Shown here one piece after another: positions 1 to 15,376 of a stretch of DNA of 64,000 nt. Within the stretch, counting starts at the first letter, position 1. Each line of letters begins with the position of its first letter. The stretch lies in the NCBI GenBank assembly GCA_951406725.2, contig OX597836.1, positions 14,260,001 to 14,324,000 of the forward strand, read 5' to 3'. Below the pieces are notes generated by a model that saw nothing but the letters and a program-made list of their open reading frames with translations, made no database searches and had not been told where the DNA came from. This stretch comes from Octopus vulgaris (lineage: Eukaryota). A program made the translations under genes and the position numbers.

Positions 1-271
1 CACCATTGGTGGTGGCTATGTAGAGAAGGACTAATAATTATGCCAAGTTTCGTTCATCTCAGTCCTCGGGAAGTGGGTCAGGGGAAATCTTTAATGAACA
101 CCCCACGTGTATACATACATACATCCATCCATCCATCCATCCATCCATCCATCCATCCATCCATACATACATACATACATACATACATACATACATACAT
201 ACATACGTACGTACATACATACATGCATGCACGCACGCACGCATACATACATACATACATACATACATACA

Positions 272-339
<68 letters not shown>

Positions 340-792
340 CACACATATGTATGTATGTATATATATATTTATATGTATGTATATAAACGCAGTGAGAGAG
401 AGAGAGAGAGAGAGATTGAGATAGATAGATAGATAGATAGGTAGAGGGAGAAAGAGAGACAGAGAGACAGAGAGAGAGAGTAAGAGAGAGAGGGGTGGAG
501 AGTGAGCGAGTAAGAGAGAGAGGGGTGGAGAGTGAGCGAGTGAGAGAGAGAGGAGAGAAGTGAGTGAGAGAGAGATGGGGTGGGGAGATAAAACAGCGAC
601 CCATGCAGTTCTCCAAAAATCAAGAAAAGAGAAAGACACCGCTTTGGTAGGCTCTAGTCGTCGTCCATTTTTAAAACAGTAAAGCAGAAGGATATTTGAT
701 GTTGTTTACATAATTGATACAAATAAACAAGAGGAAAACCAATAATTTAATGGCCAAAATCCATAACGATATCAAACCCTTCCTCCTTTCAC

Positions 793-884
<92 letters not shown>

Positions 885-1056
885 GGGAGAGGGAGGGAGA
901 AACAGAAAACGATAACCGCTATTTACATTTCCCTACGAAGATTTTTGACCACATGTTTCCAAAATAAGTCCTGTTCTCTATTAACACACGGGCACGATGC
1001 TGCGTATATACAGACCATCACACACACGCGCACACACACATACATACACACAGATA

Positions 1057-1090
<34 letters not shown>

Positions 1091-1177
1091 TAGATAGATA
1101 GATACACACGCACAGACATAAATGTATGCATACAATCATGCACACACACACACACACACACACGAATACGAAAAAGA

Positions 1178-1364
1178 AGACGACGACGACGACGAAGAAG
1201 AAGAAGAAGAAGAAGAAGAAGAAGAAGAAGAAGAAGAAGAAGGAGGAGGAGGAGGAGGAGGAGAAGAAGAAGTAGAAGAAGAAGAAGAGGGAGTAGGAAA
1301 AGAAGAAGAAGAGGAAGAAGAAAAAGGTGATGATGGTAATGGTGATGATGACGACGACGACGAC

Positions 1365-1462
<98 letters not shown>

Positions 1463-1493
1463 GGATGATGATTATGATGATGATGATGATGAA

Positions 1494-1553
<60 letters not shown>

Positions 1554-1629
1554 GGTGGTGGTGGTGGTGGTGGTGGTAGTAGCGGTGGCGACAGCGGCGG
1601 TGATGGTGAAGAAGAAGAAGAAGAAGGAG

Positions 1630-1675
<46 letters not shown>
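1178..1675. repeat. Compound trinucleotide microsatellite (GAA/GAT/GGT/GTC)
   Basis: Seen directly. Many similar compound arrays occur, e.g. 4880-5295, 5960-6170, 14350-14810, 16955-17425, 19890-20280, 43420-43690 and 43990-44360. Confidence 0.97.
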
Positions 1676-1983
1676 AAGACAACCACAAATTACAAAGAAG
1701 GCGCAAGAAGATGAAAGATGAAAGAAGATGAACAAAGAAAGGAAGGAGAAGGAGAAGGAGAAGGAGAAAAAAAAGATGACGAAAATGGAGAAACGAGATA
1801 TTGAACTTTGCCATCTCGACATCTGTAATGCGACATAAAAAGATTATCGGATTAACTAAACCCACGAGGGGAATATCTTGGTAATTGCATTAGTTAATAC
1901 TATATTAACAGTTGGGATTACACAGGGATTTGACGACGTGACAATCACAGTTTAGCGCCCACCTTCTCTTCTCTATCTATCTT

Positions 1984-2103
<120 letters not shown>

Positions 2104-2257
2104 CTTAAAGATGGAAAAGGAAGGTACAATCAGGAGCGAATTGGAAGTGCGCGTTTTGAGCAGCGGTGTATGACAACATCAGACTGTTATATATATATAT
2201 ATAAATATATATATATACAGAGAAATATAGGAACATTTGTGTATGTCGGTATACATA

Positions 2258-2305
<48 letters not shown>

Positions 2306-2316
2306 AGAGAGAGAGA

Positions 2317-2379
<63 letters not shown>

Positions 2380-2394
2380 CACACACGTACACAT

Positions 2395-2532
2395 GTGCAT
2401 ATATGGGTACAGGACGTTACCAACAGTAAACAACATGAAATACGAAAACAAATGAGTTCAATATGCAAATAACGAGAGAAACAAATGGAAAACAGGACAA
2501 GTAACATAAAGAACGACCCTTCATCAGTTGTC
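2395..2532 (-). mobile_element. 5'-truncated family A-like repeat retaining GACAA-CUGAUGA-AGGG
   Basis: Minus strand GACAACTGATGAAGGGTC, T-rich tail, then GTCCTGTACCCATATATGCA, matching 21293-21311. Confidence 0.55.
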
Positions 2533-2662
2533 ATACATTTACATACACGCACACATGTATACACACATAATTTAGGCATGTGTCAATGCGTTGTACTTCT
2601 TAAATCTTCATTTCAATATACACTCACCCACCACACGCACAAATATACATATATTTATGTGT

Positions 2663-2708
<46 letters not shown>

Positions 2709-2749
2709 GGATCTTGGCCCGTTTCGATGATGAGTACTCAGTTGTTCTA

Positions 2750-3070
2750 TCAATTGTTAGGGTTAACAAAACGTTTTCAAATCTCATTTTACACACCCTA
2801 TATATTCCATCGAATTCAGGAACGAAATCAACTTGGTATCTCTGTCTCAATTCTTCTAACCACTCATAAGTAGAAAAACTAATAAAATTCCCGCTAAAAT
2901 TGTGAAAAATCGGGAAAGATCGGTCTTACATAAACGGAACAAATTAATGCAACTTTGCATTGCAGAAAAATATTACATATTAATAAAAACGGATAATATC
3001 CTAAACAGAAATGATCAAAAATTCACTTAATAGCCACACAAGAACAAAATATTTGCATGAAAACATTTAA
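2750..3070 (+). pseudogene. Penelope-like element GIY-YIG/C-terminal relic
   Basis: Frameshifted translation gives GLT..F...FY, SYINGTN*CN(L)CIAEKYYIL and ILNRNDQ...HKNK, matching the PLE C-terminal pattern Y-NG--RCNLC--EK--I..LN-R..HKNK. Confidence 0.6.
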
Positions 3071-3739
3071 AACAAGCAGCATAAGTAATATAAATCATCT
3101 AGTGTAAACTGGCTCTGAGTCTAAATAAATATTATATAACTCTGTAAAATAGCCCATGAATAGTCATAGAAGCCGGCAGAATTATTCCCCCGTCCGTTAT
3201 ACAAGCCAACAAACAGGATTCTGCGCGGTCGCTCGACCCGCTAGAAATAGTAATCAAACCTTCCTCAGATTATACTCTAAACCTTAAATCGACACATTGG
3301 ACAATGTTGTCTTAGATGCAGAAAATGGAAGAATGGGCATGGTTGGAACGTCTTTGTCCGTTGGAATGGTTCATCTGAGTTATTAGAGCAAGACTATAAT
3401 AATCGCAGCAACTTGCTCATAGAAAGAGTGTTTGATTTAGTAGAACTTCGGACAAGAATACGCAAACGCGCGCACACACACAGTCATACACACACGGGCA
3501 CTCACACACAGTCATACACACACGGGCACTCACACACGCACAAAGCTGCCAAGATAAGAATATATTGTATATGTAAAAATAGACACCCTTCGATCACGAA
3601 TGACCGTGGGGTTGCACCTAGAAAGTTCTCCACCGAGGCACAATTTCTGGCAAGATTGTTTATGGAAGACTAGCAGTCGCCCATGCATACCAGCCCCGCC
3701 TCTCCAAGCCTGTACCTTTGCTCTGTTTTACAAACCCAG

Positions 3740-4162
3740 TGAACATTCGTCTCTTTCCAGTTTCAAAGAAATTTGAACAATAGATATAAGACCCAAGTTA
3801 AAAAAGGTTCCCAACAATTCAACTTCTCTGGTTGACTTTAAGACACCCCGCAATTGGGGCCTTAACTCCCACATTTTAGAGCCCTATGTGCTCCATTTTT
3901 TAGGAGCAAAAACCTTTCAATAGTTTTCATAAGATTTGGATTTTGGAATCTGGGCATAAAGATGAGTGGTATGGGATAACTATGTCATGATTAGAATTTT
4001 TGTTAGGTTTTGTAAAGAGGGAAAGAACCCTCATTTAATTCTTAATCTGCAATTTTGATGAAATTCGAATCATAGATACTCCAGTTCATTAGAGAAAATA
4101 TACAAGAAAAGTCTAATTCTTCAATTCCACGCGACACGGGCAAAGTTGAGCATCTCTGCTAG
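3740..4162 (+). mobile_element. Helitron-like non-autonomous element 3' end
   Basis: Ends ...CACGGGCAAAGTTGAGCATCTCTGCTAG|T: CTAG-3' followed by T, with a decayed GC-rich subterminal element. 5' boundary uncertain. Confidence 0.45.
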
Positions 4163-4163
4163 T

Positions 4164-4213
<50 letters not shown>

Positions 4214-4272
4214 CATACACACATATTTATATGTATGTATGCATGCATGTATGTGTATATATGTATATGTTG

Positions 4273-4323
<51 letters not shown>

Positions 4324-4594
4324 TATATATACATACAAACATACATACATGCATGCATACATACATACATACATACACACATACATATATACATACATAC
4401 ATACATATATACATACATACATACATACATACATACATACATACATACACACATACATATCTTGGTTAGCACCGTTATACGGTTTAAGGCTTTCGAATCA
4501 CGCAGGCAATGTTTCAACTTTTTTCCGTCTTATTCCTCACTCTCCTCACTCTCTCTCCCTCTCCCCTCTCTCTCTGTATATGTATGTATATATT

Positions 4595-4649
<55 letters not shown>

Positions 4650-5791
4650 GTACATGTTTATATGTATGCGTACAAACACGCAAACATATATAGACATGAG
4701 TATGCGCGCGCACGTGTTTGTTTGTGTGTGTGTATGTGTGTGAGTATGTGTGTGTGCGAGTGTGTGTGTGTATGAGTGTTTGTATGTGGGTGTATTTGTT
4801 CCTTTGTTGACTGATTCAAACGGAAAGATCGAAAGCAAATGAGAAAACATTATACAAAGTAAATTTGACCATTCTGACGCCACCACCACCACCACAACCA
4901 CCACCACAACCACCACCACCACAACCACCACCACCATCACCACAACTACTACCACCACCACCACCACCACTACCACCACCATCACCACCACCACCACCAC
5001 CACCACCTTCACCACCACCACCACCACCACCACCACCACTACCACCACCACCACCACCACCACCACCACCACCACCACAACCACCACCACCACCACAACC
5101 ACCACCACCACCACCAAAACCACCACCACCACCACCACCAGCACCAGCACCACCACCACCAACCACCACCACTATCACCACCACCACCACCACCACTACC
5201 ACCACCATCACCACTACCACCACCACCACCACCACCACCACCACCACACCACCACCACCACCACCACCACCACCACCACCACCACCACCACCGCCATCTT
5301 GATTATCAGTCTCTCCCTCATCTGTTTCTGCTACTCTTTCATAACCTCTGTACATCCCACTCACTCCCCCCCTCTCTTCCCCTTTGCTAAACTCATTTTA
5401 GCCACCCATCAGCCCCCACCCCCCATCCCCCTCACCACCGCCCCTTTCCCCCCAGCCCTCACCACAAGCACCAGTCATACTTCCTCCTCCTAACCCCTAA
5501 CCCCTAACCCCGACCAACATCGTCGGCCATCTCGAGGGGTTTCAGTCGTCCGTTCGTGATGTCCCATAAATATTAGCCTCGATCTGGTCCTCTCCTCTCC
5601 TCGTCTTGTCTTGTCTTTCTTGGACATGTAAGATGATTCGGTGCTGTTTGTTTGATGTCTTGTTTTTGCATTTGTCGCGGTGGTGGTCGCGGCGGGAGCG
5701 GAATGGAGTGGGAACGGAAGAGAGTGCGTGGTGATTGCGATGATAAGTATAGTTGTCGTAGTTGCCTTGGTGATTGTCAAAGCAAATGGTT

Positions 5792-5822
<31 letters not shown>

Positions 5823-5961
5823 CAGCGGCAGCAGCAGCAGTAGTAGTGGTAGTAGTGATTGTTGAAGTAATAATGGTTATAATAGTAACAGTAGTAGTAG
5901 TGGTGGTGGTGATGGTGGTGGTTTTACTGGTGGTGGTGAATGCCGAAATAATAGTATCATT

Positions 5962-6050
<89 letters not shown>

Positions 6051-6085
6051 CGTTATTATTATTATTATCGTTATTATTATTATTA

Positions 6086-6169
<84 letters not shown>

Positions 6170-6171
<2 letters not shown>

Positions 6172-6713
6172 GAGTGAGAGAGCAATGCATGTCATCAAAG
6201 TGACACTGGGGTAAGATATACGAAGCCCAGTATACCCATCATGACTTCTTATCTGATAATGGTACACCAGGCACATGAATTACAACCATACGTGCATGGC
6301 ATGGTGATCTCATATCAAGATAAATAGCGCATAACCTTGCAGGTGGGGCTCAGTTAGAATTTTCTTCTGGTTGAGTAGCTCATCCCGCTCAAAAGGTCCC
6401 TGAATAAGGATTGTTTAAGGATGTTGAACGAAACAACCATGTTTCCAGAAATTAATTATTCAAACCTCCAAGAATTCCTTTCAACACACAGCTATGATGC
6501 TCCCCCACTACTTCTGCTCGTGATCAGAGATGCACATATCGTCAACCACTAAGGGACATGCTCAACTGGTTAAGGTCAAACAACTGTCAAGCAAATCTGT
6601 GGAGCAGAATATAAGCTGTAGCCCATCTTTTATACCAAGACAATAACAATGTACATGGTAACAATTAGTTAAGATCAGAAGCCAGCGGAGCCACTGCCTG
6701 GTACACATCAGGG
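6170..6713 (-). mobile_element. (AAT)n-associated non-coding retroposon (probably mobilised by R4/Dong)
   Basis: Reverse complement of 37947-38285; both end CTCTCTCACTCAATAA(TAA)n. Confidence 0.7.
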
Positions 6714-6930
6714 CTAGCACGCCGGGCGAAATGCGTAGCCGTATTCCGTCTGTCGTTACGTTCCGAGTTCAAATTCCGCCGAGGTCGACATTGCCTTTCA
6801 TCCTTTCGGGGTCGATAAATTAAGTACCAGTTACGCACTGGGGTCAATGTAATCGACTTAATCCCTTTGTCTGTCCTTGTTTGTCCCCTCTGTGTTTAGC
6901 CCCTTGTGGGTAGGAAAGAAATATAATTAA

Positions 6931-6970
<40 letters not shown>

Positions 6971-8644
6971 AGGCAGAGAGTTGACAGAATCGTTAACTCA
7001 ACGAACTAAATGCTTAGCGGTGTTTCGTTCGTCTTTACGTTCTGACTTCGCCTCTCATACTTTCGGAGTCGATAAAATAAGTCAACGCTCTTCGACAGAA
7101 AAGATTAAAAGGGGGGAAAAAAGTATATACACATGCATGCATACATACACGGTGGACTTGTACTATCACAACCGCTGCCGCCGCAACCGCTACCATCGCC
7201 ACCACTTCAACCACTACAATGACCATTATCGCCACCAATACTATGACCACCACTATTACTATCAGTATCACCTCCTTAAATTACCACCACCACCATCACC
7301 GCCACTTTCACCACAACCACCACCTTCACCATCATCCCATCACCACCACCACCACCACCACCACCACCATCACCACCGCCACCATCACCACCACCACCAT
7401 CACCAACTCCACCACCACTACCATTACCACCACCTCCACCACCACCAACTCCACCACCACTACCATTACCACCACCTCCACCACCACCAACTCCACCACC
7501 ACCACCAACACCACCACCACCACCACCACCACCACTACCACCACCAGGTATTAATGCTTAAATACTTTCACTTGTTTTCTGGTCTGTGTGTGTGCGTGTG
7601 TATATTGGTGTGCATGTGTGTGTGTGTTCGTGCGTGCGCGCCTACTCGGGTGTATATATATTATGAGTGCAGATGTTTATGGTGTGTTTACATGTGTGTG
7701 TGTGTGTGCTTGCATACGTGTGTGCGTATGTGCGTGTGCGTGCGAGTGTGTATATTGTGGACACATGATGTTTGGCTCCTTGTGGATGCGTGTGTTTGAC
7801 AATAAAAGTTTGTATGGTTTGTATAATTAACTTTAGAACCAACCTCCCACACACATCCCCCTCCACTTCTGTCTCCTACTCCTCCCCCCTCTATTATTAA
7901 CTGTTTCCTATGGATAGTAACGTGTGGCACACCGCTACTTTGCCACTATCCCGCCACATACACCCCCACTACTAAACTACTCCACTACCTTGTCACCACA
8001 CCGCCTAGCCATTCCCGCCGCTAAACTACTCCCCATCACCAAACTCCCGTTGCCTGACCATCACACCGCCAAGCTAGCTCCGACAGCGCCACCTCACCTA
8101 GTCGCCCAACTATTTAGCCACCCCGCCAGAAAGACACCATACCACCCGGCCATCCCCTATCACCTAAGCACCCTAACACATAGCCACCTCACCACCACCA
8201 CCTGGTCACTCCACCATCAAGCCATCCTACCGCTTAACCACATCGCAACCCGACTATCACGTCATCTAGGCACCACACCGTGTGGCCCCACACTACCTCA
8301 CAACCCTATCAGCTCAGCTCCACCAACTTAGACACCCCACCTCTAAGTCCGTCTGTATATCTGTCTATCCGTCTGTCTGTATGTCTGTCTGTATGTCTGT
8401 CTGTCCAATTATACCTCCCCCCACACCTCATTCCATTCCTCATATTCCTTTCTCTATTGGTTGGTCTATCAGTTGACTGTTTATCGGGTCATCAGTTGAC
8501 CTTTATACTCCGAGTACTCCTTCCGTAATCCTGTCTATTATTCTATCAATTCTTCTGTCGATATGTCCAGACAAAACTCCCGGTCACTCCACCCACCGTT
8601 GTAGCCCTGACGTCATTGTATTTGTACATACATCCTTTTCCTAT

Positions 8645-8679
8645 GTTTCTGACGAAGAGCTCCGCTCGAAACGTTAAAT
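8645..8679 (+). ncRNA. Minimal type-I hammerhead ribozyme (Penelope-type)
   Basis: GUUU-CUGACGA-A-GAGC-ucc-GCUC-GAAAC-GUU-AAAU with palindromic AACGUU in place of stem III. Followed by a T-rich tail ending at (TA)n (~8780). Confidence 0.65.
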
Positions 8680-8773
8680 CCTCCTTCTTTCTTCCTTTTC
8701 CTGAGCGTCCAATAACACTATACTTGTTCCGCGTCCTTGCGTTGTTGTATTTTCTCTTTGTTCATGTTTGGAT

Positions 8774-8812
<39 letters not shown>

Positions 8813-8879
8813 TCTTTTACTCTTTTACTTGTTTCAGTCATTTGACTGTTGCCATGCTGGAGCACCGCCTTTAGTCGAT

Positions 8880-8933
<54 letters not shown>

Positions 8934-9102
8934 ATATAGCCGTAGGTTACCTGCAGAGAGATGGGGACGGAGTGATTATGGCTGGATAGACTTTGATCAC
9001 AGTTCTACTCTATCAGGGTTGATCAGGGGGCCAAGTTCCACCTCGATTACTACTACTACTACTACTACTACTACAACAACAACAGCAACAACAACAACAA
9101 CA

Positions 9103-9169
<67 letters not shown>

Positions 9170-9475
9170 ACTAGATACTTCTTTTGCAAACTCTATTCTA
9201 TACAATTGCAGTCGACAAACAAAGAATAAATACTGCAATTTTAGTGATTTGGTGATATTTGATAGGTGTTGTTGTTCGTGTTGGTAGTGGTGGGGGTGGG
9301 TGAAGGATGCTGGTGATGGTGACGGCGATAGTTTTGGCCTTGGTATTAGTGGTGGTTGGTGGTGGTAGTGGTGATGATGATGTTGATGATGACGGGGTGG
9401 GGGAGGGGTGGTTTTAGTTGTGTTGGTGGTGAAAGAGGTGGTAGTAATAGTAATAGTAGTAGTAGTGGTGGTGGT

Positions 9476-9881
9476 GGCTGAAACGTTAGCACGCCGGGCG
9501 AAATGCGTAGCCGCATTTCGTTTGCCGCTACGTTCTGAGTTCAAATTCCGCCGAGGTCGTCTTTGCCTTTCATCCTTTCGGGGTCGATTAATGAAGTACC
9601 AGTTACGCACTGGGGTCGATATAATCGACTTAATCCGTCTGTCTGTCCTTGTTTGTCCCCCTCTGTGTTTAGCCCCTTGTGGGTAGTAAAGAAATAGGTA
9701 TTTCGTCTGCCGCTACGTTCTGGGTTCAAATTCCGCCGAGGTCGACTTTGCTTTTCATCCATTCGGGGTCGATTAAATAAGTACCAGTTACGCACTGGGG
9801 TCGATATAATCGATTGATCCGTCTGTCTGTCCTTGTTTGTCTTCTCTGTGTTTAAGCCCCTTGTGGGTAGTAAAGAAATAG
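9476..9881 (+). mobile_element. Tandem dimer of SINE family 1
   Basis: Two head-to-tail units joined at GTAAAGAAATAG|GTATTTCGTCTGCC. Confidence 0.85.
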
Positions 9882-10280
9882 GTGGTGATGGTGGTGGTGG
9901 TGATAGTGTTGACAGACGGAGATGTTATTGATGATAATGGTGATGATAATGCTGATGGTTGTATCGATGACGACAACGATGACGACGACGACGACGACGA
10001 TGATGATAATAGCAGCAATAACAAGAACAACAATTACAACGATGACAGCGACGACGACGACGTCGATTAAACAAAAGACAATAATTGAAATGGCTAAGTT
10101 AGAATTAGAAGTCATCAACGTAGCTTTATTTTCTTTATTCGTATTATAGTTATTGTCGACGCTGTTGTTGTTGCTGATGATGATGAAGACGTTGTTTGTT
10201 GATGTGTATTTAAGAAATACACAAGAACGGGAGCCTGAATGATGGAAAAACGAAACAAATAAAACAAAATTGTGTCCAAA

Positions 10281-10340
10281 GACCGGAAGTGAAAGATGGC
10301 TGCAATATTAAATAAGATGGCCGCCGAAAAGGAAGTCGAC
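10281..10340. promoter_or_regulatory. Candidate regulatory island (ETS + two YY1-like motifs)
   Basis: ACCGGAAGTG, AAGATGGCTG, AAGATGGCCGCC and GGAAGT within 60 bp. Confidence 0.3.
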
Positions 10341-10925
10341 TTGAAAAGTTGAAGAAGTTGTTTACAATTAATTGATTTAGAGTGTTAAACGACGCACGTT
10401 ATAGTTGGCTGTGTCAGTTTGGTCGTCTGTAATTAGAGCAGGAATGGACTGGTGGTGGTGGTAGTGGTGGTAGTGGTGGTGTTGGTGGTTGGTGGCGAGG
10501 GTTGGTGGAGGTAGGGATAGCGGTGGTAGTTTGTGGTGTTGGAGGTGGTAGAGGAGAGAAGGGTAGTATAAACACGAGGAATGGTGGTGGTGGTAGTGGT
10601 AGTGGTGGTGGTGGTGGTGGTGGTGGTGGTGATGGTGATGATGATGATGTTATTGTGGCTGGTGTTGCAGATGGTGGTGATGGTATGAATAGATGATGTA
10701 TGTGACAAATTGTTGATGATTGCCGTTTGTTTGTTTGTTATTGCGATGTGCCGCCGGTGGCACACTATTGTTGTTGTTGTTGTTGTTGTTGTTGGTGGTG
10801 GTGGTGTTGACGCTGCTGGTGGCGCTTTGAAAACGTGTTGGTGTTACGTGCTGATGCGAGTCGGCTTTGTTGCTGTTGTTATTGGTGACGGCGGTAGTGA
10901 TGTCGATGGGAAGACGGCACGATGC

Positions 10926-11805
10926 TGTATGTATGTATGTATGTATGTATGTATGTATGTATGTATGTATGTATGTATGTATGTATGTATGTATGTATGT
11001 ATGTGTGTGTATGTATGTATGTATGTGTATGTATGTATGTATGTATGTATGTATGTATGTATGTATGTATGTATGTATGTATGTATGTATGTATGTATGT
11101 ATGTATGTATGTATGTATGTATGTATGTATGTATGTATGTATGTATGTATGTATGTATGTATGTATGTATGTATGTATGTATGTATGTATGTATGTATGT
11201 ATGTATGTATGTATGTGTGTGTATGTATGTGTGTATGTATGTATGTATGTGTATGTGTGTATGTACGTATGTATGTGTGTATGTATGTATGTGTGTATGT
11301 ATGTATGTATGTATGTATGTATGTATGTATGTATGTATGTATGTATGTATGTATGTATGTATGTATGTATGTATGTATGTATGTATGTGTGTATGTATGA
11401 ATGTATGTATGTATGTATGTATGTATGTATGTATGTATGTATGTATGTATGTATGTATGTGTGTATGTATGTATGTATGTATGTATGTATGTATGTATGT
11501 ATGTATGTATGTATGTATGTATGTATGTATGCATGCATGTATACATGTGTGTGTATGTATGTATTATGTGTATGTATGCATGCATGTATGTATGTGTGTG
11601 TATGTATTATGTGTATGTATGTATGTGTGTATGTATGTATGTATGTATGTATGTATGTATGTATGCATGTGTATGTATGTATGTATGTATGTATGTATGT
11701 ATGTATGTGTGTATGCATGTGTGTATAAATGTATGTATATGTCTGTGAATGTGTGTATGCATTTATGTATGTATGCATGGTGTATGAATACATGTATGTA
11801 TGTAT
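10926..11805. repeat. (TATG)n microsatellite
   Basis: About 880 bp of tetranucleotide repeat. Confidence 0.98.
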
Positions 11806-14058
11806 CATCCTTAAATGAGTAGAAGCATTCCATTTGTGACCATCTCGTCTCTATTCTAACCATTTGAGAACTCCTGTCCACATTATCGAACGTGCTTGTT
11901 GTAAAGACAATAGTTTGTTTGTGTGTTAGAGGGTGAGGGAATATGTGTGTATGTCTACATGTGTGTATGTGTCTGTGTGTGATTTGAGGGAGATTTAACT
12001 AGTAGGTTAGCAACTACATATATGCATCAGCATTATAAGCCCCACCACTGGGCCTCCTGCATATACAACCACAGACTATATCATACGTAGATTAACATCA
12101 GGCTCCCTCCATCCGGAGGGTGGGGTACCCTTGGCAACCGCGCAGTGTACCCCACGTGCTTTAAATCAGTATTGGTGCAGGTGGCGCTGCTGGTGTTTGA
12201 TGAATAAAGCTGGAGGTAAAGAACAAAATGAAGGCTATTGTCAAGGGGGATAAAGAGGGAACCCCGATTGTGCGAGGCGAGGGGCCGAAAGGTGCTCCCT
12301 CTTAGCATGCCTCAACTTAAACATCCACCCAACCACTCCTGTTTACACCACCACGTGCCATGGTAGCCGATGCTGACACTGCTGCAACAACGATGACGAC
12401 GACGACGACGAGCATCACCACCACTGCCACCACCAGAACCATTAACTGCGGCGACTGCCGCCACCACCGTCATAGCCTTCTCAGTCTTTGGCCACCACTA
12501 TAACCACCAAAACCATCACCACCACCACCACCATCACCACCTCCACCTCCACAACCACCACCACCAGCACCACCACCACCACCTTTACCACCAACATCAC
12601 AACGACGACGACCACCACCACCACCTCCGCCACTACCACAGCCACCACCTCCGCCACCACCACCTCCGCCGCCACCACCACCGCCGCCGCCACCATCTCC
12701 ACAGCCACCTCCACCTCCACCTCCACCACCACCTCCTCCACCACCTCCACAACCACCACCAGCACCACCACCACCTTTACCACCAACATCACGACGGTGA
12801 CGACGACGACCACAACCACCACCTCCGCCACCGCCTCCGCCACTACCACCGCCACCACCTCCAACACTATTACCATCACCGAACACTGCCATCACCACCT
12901 CGCTCACACCACTTCCACTACCTCCGCTACAACTATCACCACTACCAGCACCACTACTATCATCAGCATCATCATCATTACCATCATCGTCACCACCAAC
13001 ACCACCACCACCACCACCACCATCGCCACAACCATCACCATCACCACCACCATCAGCGCTGTCATTGACACTATTGTTCACTTGGTCAATTGTGTCCAGT
13101 TTTAAGTTGGTATCACGTCTCGTAAAGGAGACAAATGGAGGCAGAGAGGAAGTCGTGTATATATGTGTACGTGTGTGTGTGTGTGTATGCATGTATATGT
13201 ATGTATATGTATGAATGTGTATGTATGTGTACGTATGCATGTATGTGCTTATGCGTAAAATTGTGTACGTATCAGTAGAAGTGGGTGTTGCATGTAAGTT
13301 TCAGAGAGAAAGAGAGAAAGAAAGAGAGAGGGAGAGAGAAAGAGAGGAACAGAAAGGTAGAAGTGGGGGTGGTCATGGTAAGGGGAGTGGTGATTGTGTG
13401 TGAAATTATAATGTGGAGGGTGTGAAATAGATATCTAACAAATAGATAGCATGGCGTCACTAGCATTCATCTCCACCCATCTTCACTCATTCTCACACCT
13501 TACCACTTAAGATCTAACCCTAGTCCCCACCATCGACATTGTTTCTGCTACCACATGCACCACCAGCACTACCACCACCAGCACTACCACCACCGCCATC
13601 GGCGTCATCACCGCAACCCCCGCCTTCACCGCGAGCATGAACCCACCTTCCTCCAGGCAACTCTCTTCAGTCGCAACTTAATTTCCGTACACATGCATTT
13701 GACACGTACGTACGTACATATGTACATATGTACATGCATGCATAGATGCTTACACACACATATATAATACATACACACACACGTACACACACACACACAC
13801 ACGCGCGCGCACACACACACATATACACAAACACACGTATACATAAAGTATACACATAAGCATGTATCTATTTATTCACACTAATACATACACGCATCCA
13901 CATTTATATATGGGTGTGTATGTGTGTGCGCGCATGCATATATATATATATACGTGTGTGTGTATGTATGTATACGTGTATATATCTATGTATATATTAC
14001 AAACGCATTTATACTCACGCCCAACGACGTGTATATATATATATGCACACACACACAT

Positions 14059-14091
<33 letters not shown>

Positions 14092-14497
14092 CACGCACAT
14101 ACACATATGTATATATATATGCATATATTTGTGTGTGTATGTATGTGACATGTGTGTATGCTCTTTCCCTCCTCCTTCTCACATATATTTATGAACACAT
14201 ATACATTACACACACGCGCATACTCGACCCCCCACCATTCTCAAGCCCTCCCCCCCACTCGCCAAACAATTCTTCGTTGTTGATTTCTCACACGTAAAGT
14301 TAAAAAAATATCGAAATGATTAGGAAATAGGGACGGAAAGAAGAGGATGGTGGTATTGATGATGATGACGACGACGACGACGACAATGGTGGTGGAGGAG
14401 ACTGATGATGATGATGGTGATGATGATGATTATGATGATGATGATGATGACGATGATAACGTTGATGATGATGATGGTGATGATGGTGATGATGAGG

Positions 14498-14531
<34 letters not shown>

Positions 14532-14566
14532 CGATGATGATGATGATGATAGTGCTGGTTGTGAAG

Positions 14567-14598
<32 letters not shown>

Positions 14599-14599
14599 G

Positions 14600-14633
<34 letters not shown>

Positions 14634-14818
14634 GGATGATGATGATGATGATGATGATGACGATGATGATGATGATGATGATAGTGCTGGTTGTGAAGAT
14701 GATGATGATGATGGTGATTGGTGGTGGTGACGATCATATTAATGCCAATGAAGCCGAAGATGAAAATGATGATGATGATGATGATGGGAACAACGACGAC
14801 GACGATGATGAGAGTAAG

Positions 14819-14849
<31 letters not shown>

Positions 14850-15301
14850 GCACACACATTTCGCAACCACAGAGTTTCGGGTTTGGTCCCACTTTGCGGC
14901 ACCTTGGGCAAATGTCTACTACAATAACCCCGGGATGAGTAATGTCCTCTGAGTGAATTTTTTAAAGGGTGTCAGTTTATTCGACGAAAAAACCCTTCAA
15001 AACGATGCCCCAGCATGGTCAGATTCAAGTGACTGAAACAGGCCAACTGACCACGTAGGATTCTCTTTGGTTATTTGGTTATTTGTAAAAGGCTGGCAGA
15101 GAACCATTCCATTATCCAGAGTTGAATCTTGCCAAACATGTCAACGCGTATGAGAAGCGTGATGATGTTTATATCAATAGACATTCATATGTATGTGTGT
15201 TTGTGTGTATGTATGTATGTATAGATATATTGTGTGTATGTGTGTATCTGTGTGTATGTATACATATGTATATACAATTACGTATATATATATATATCTA
15301 T

Positions 15302-15376
<75 letters not shown>

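Noticed and set aside
5490-5511. (TAACCCC)3 telomere-like repeat
   Set aside because: Only three units, and not the metazoan TTAGGG unit.
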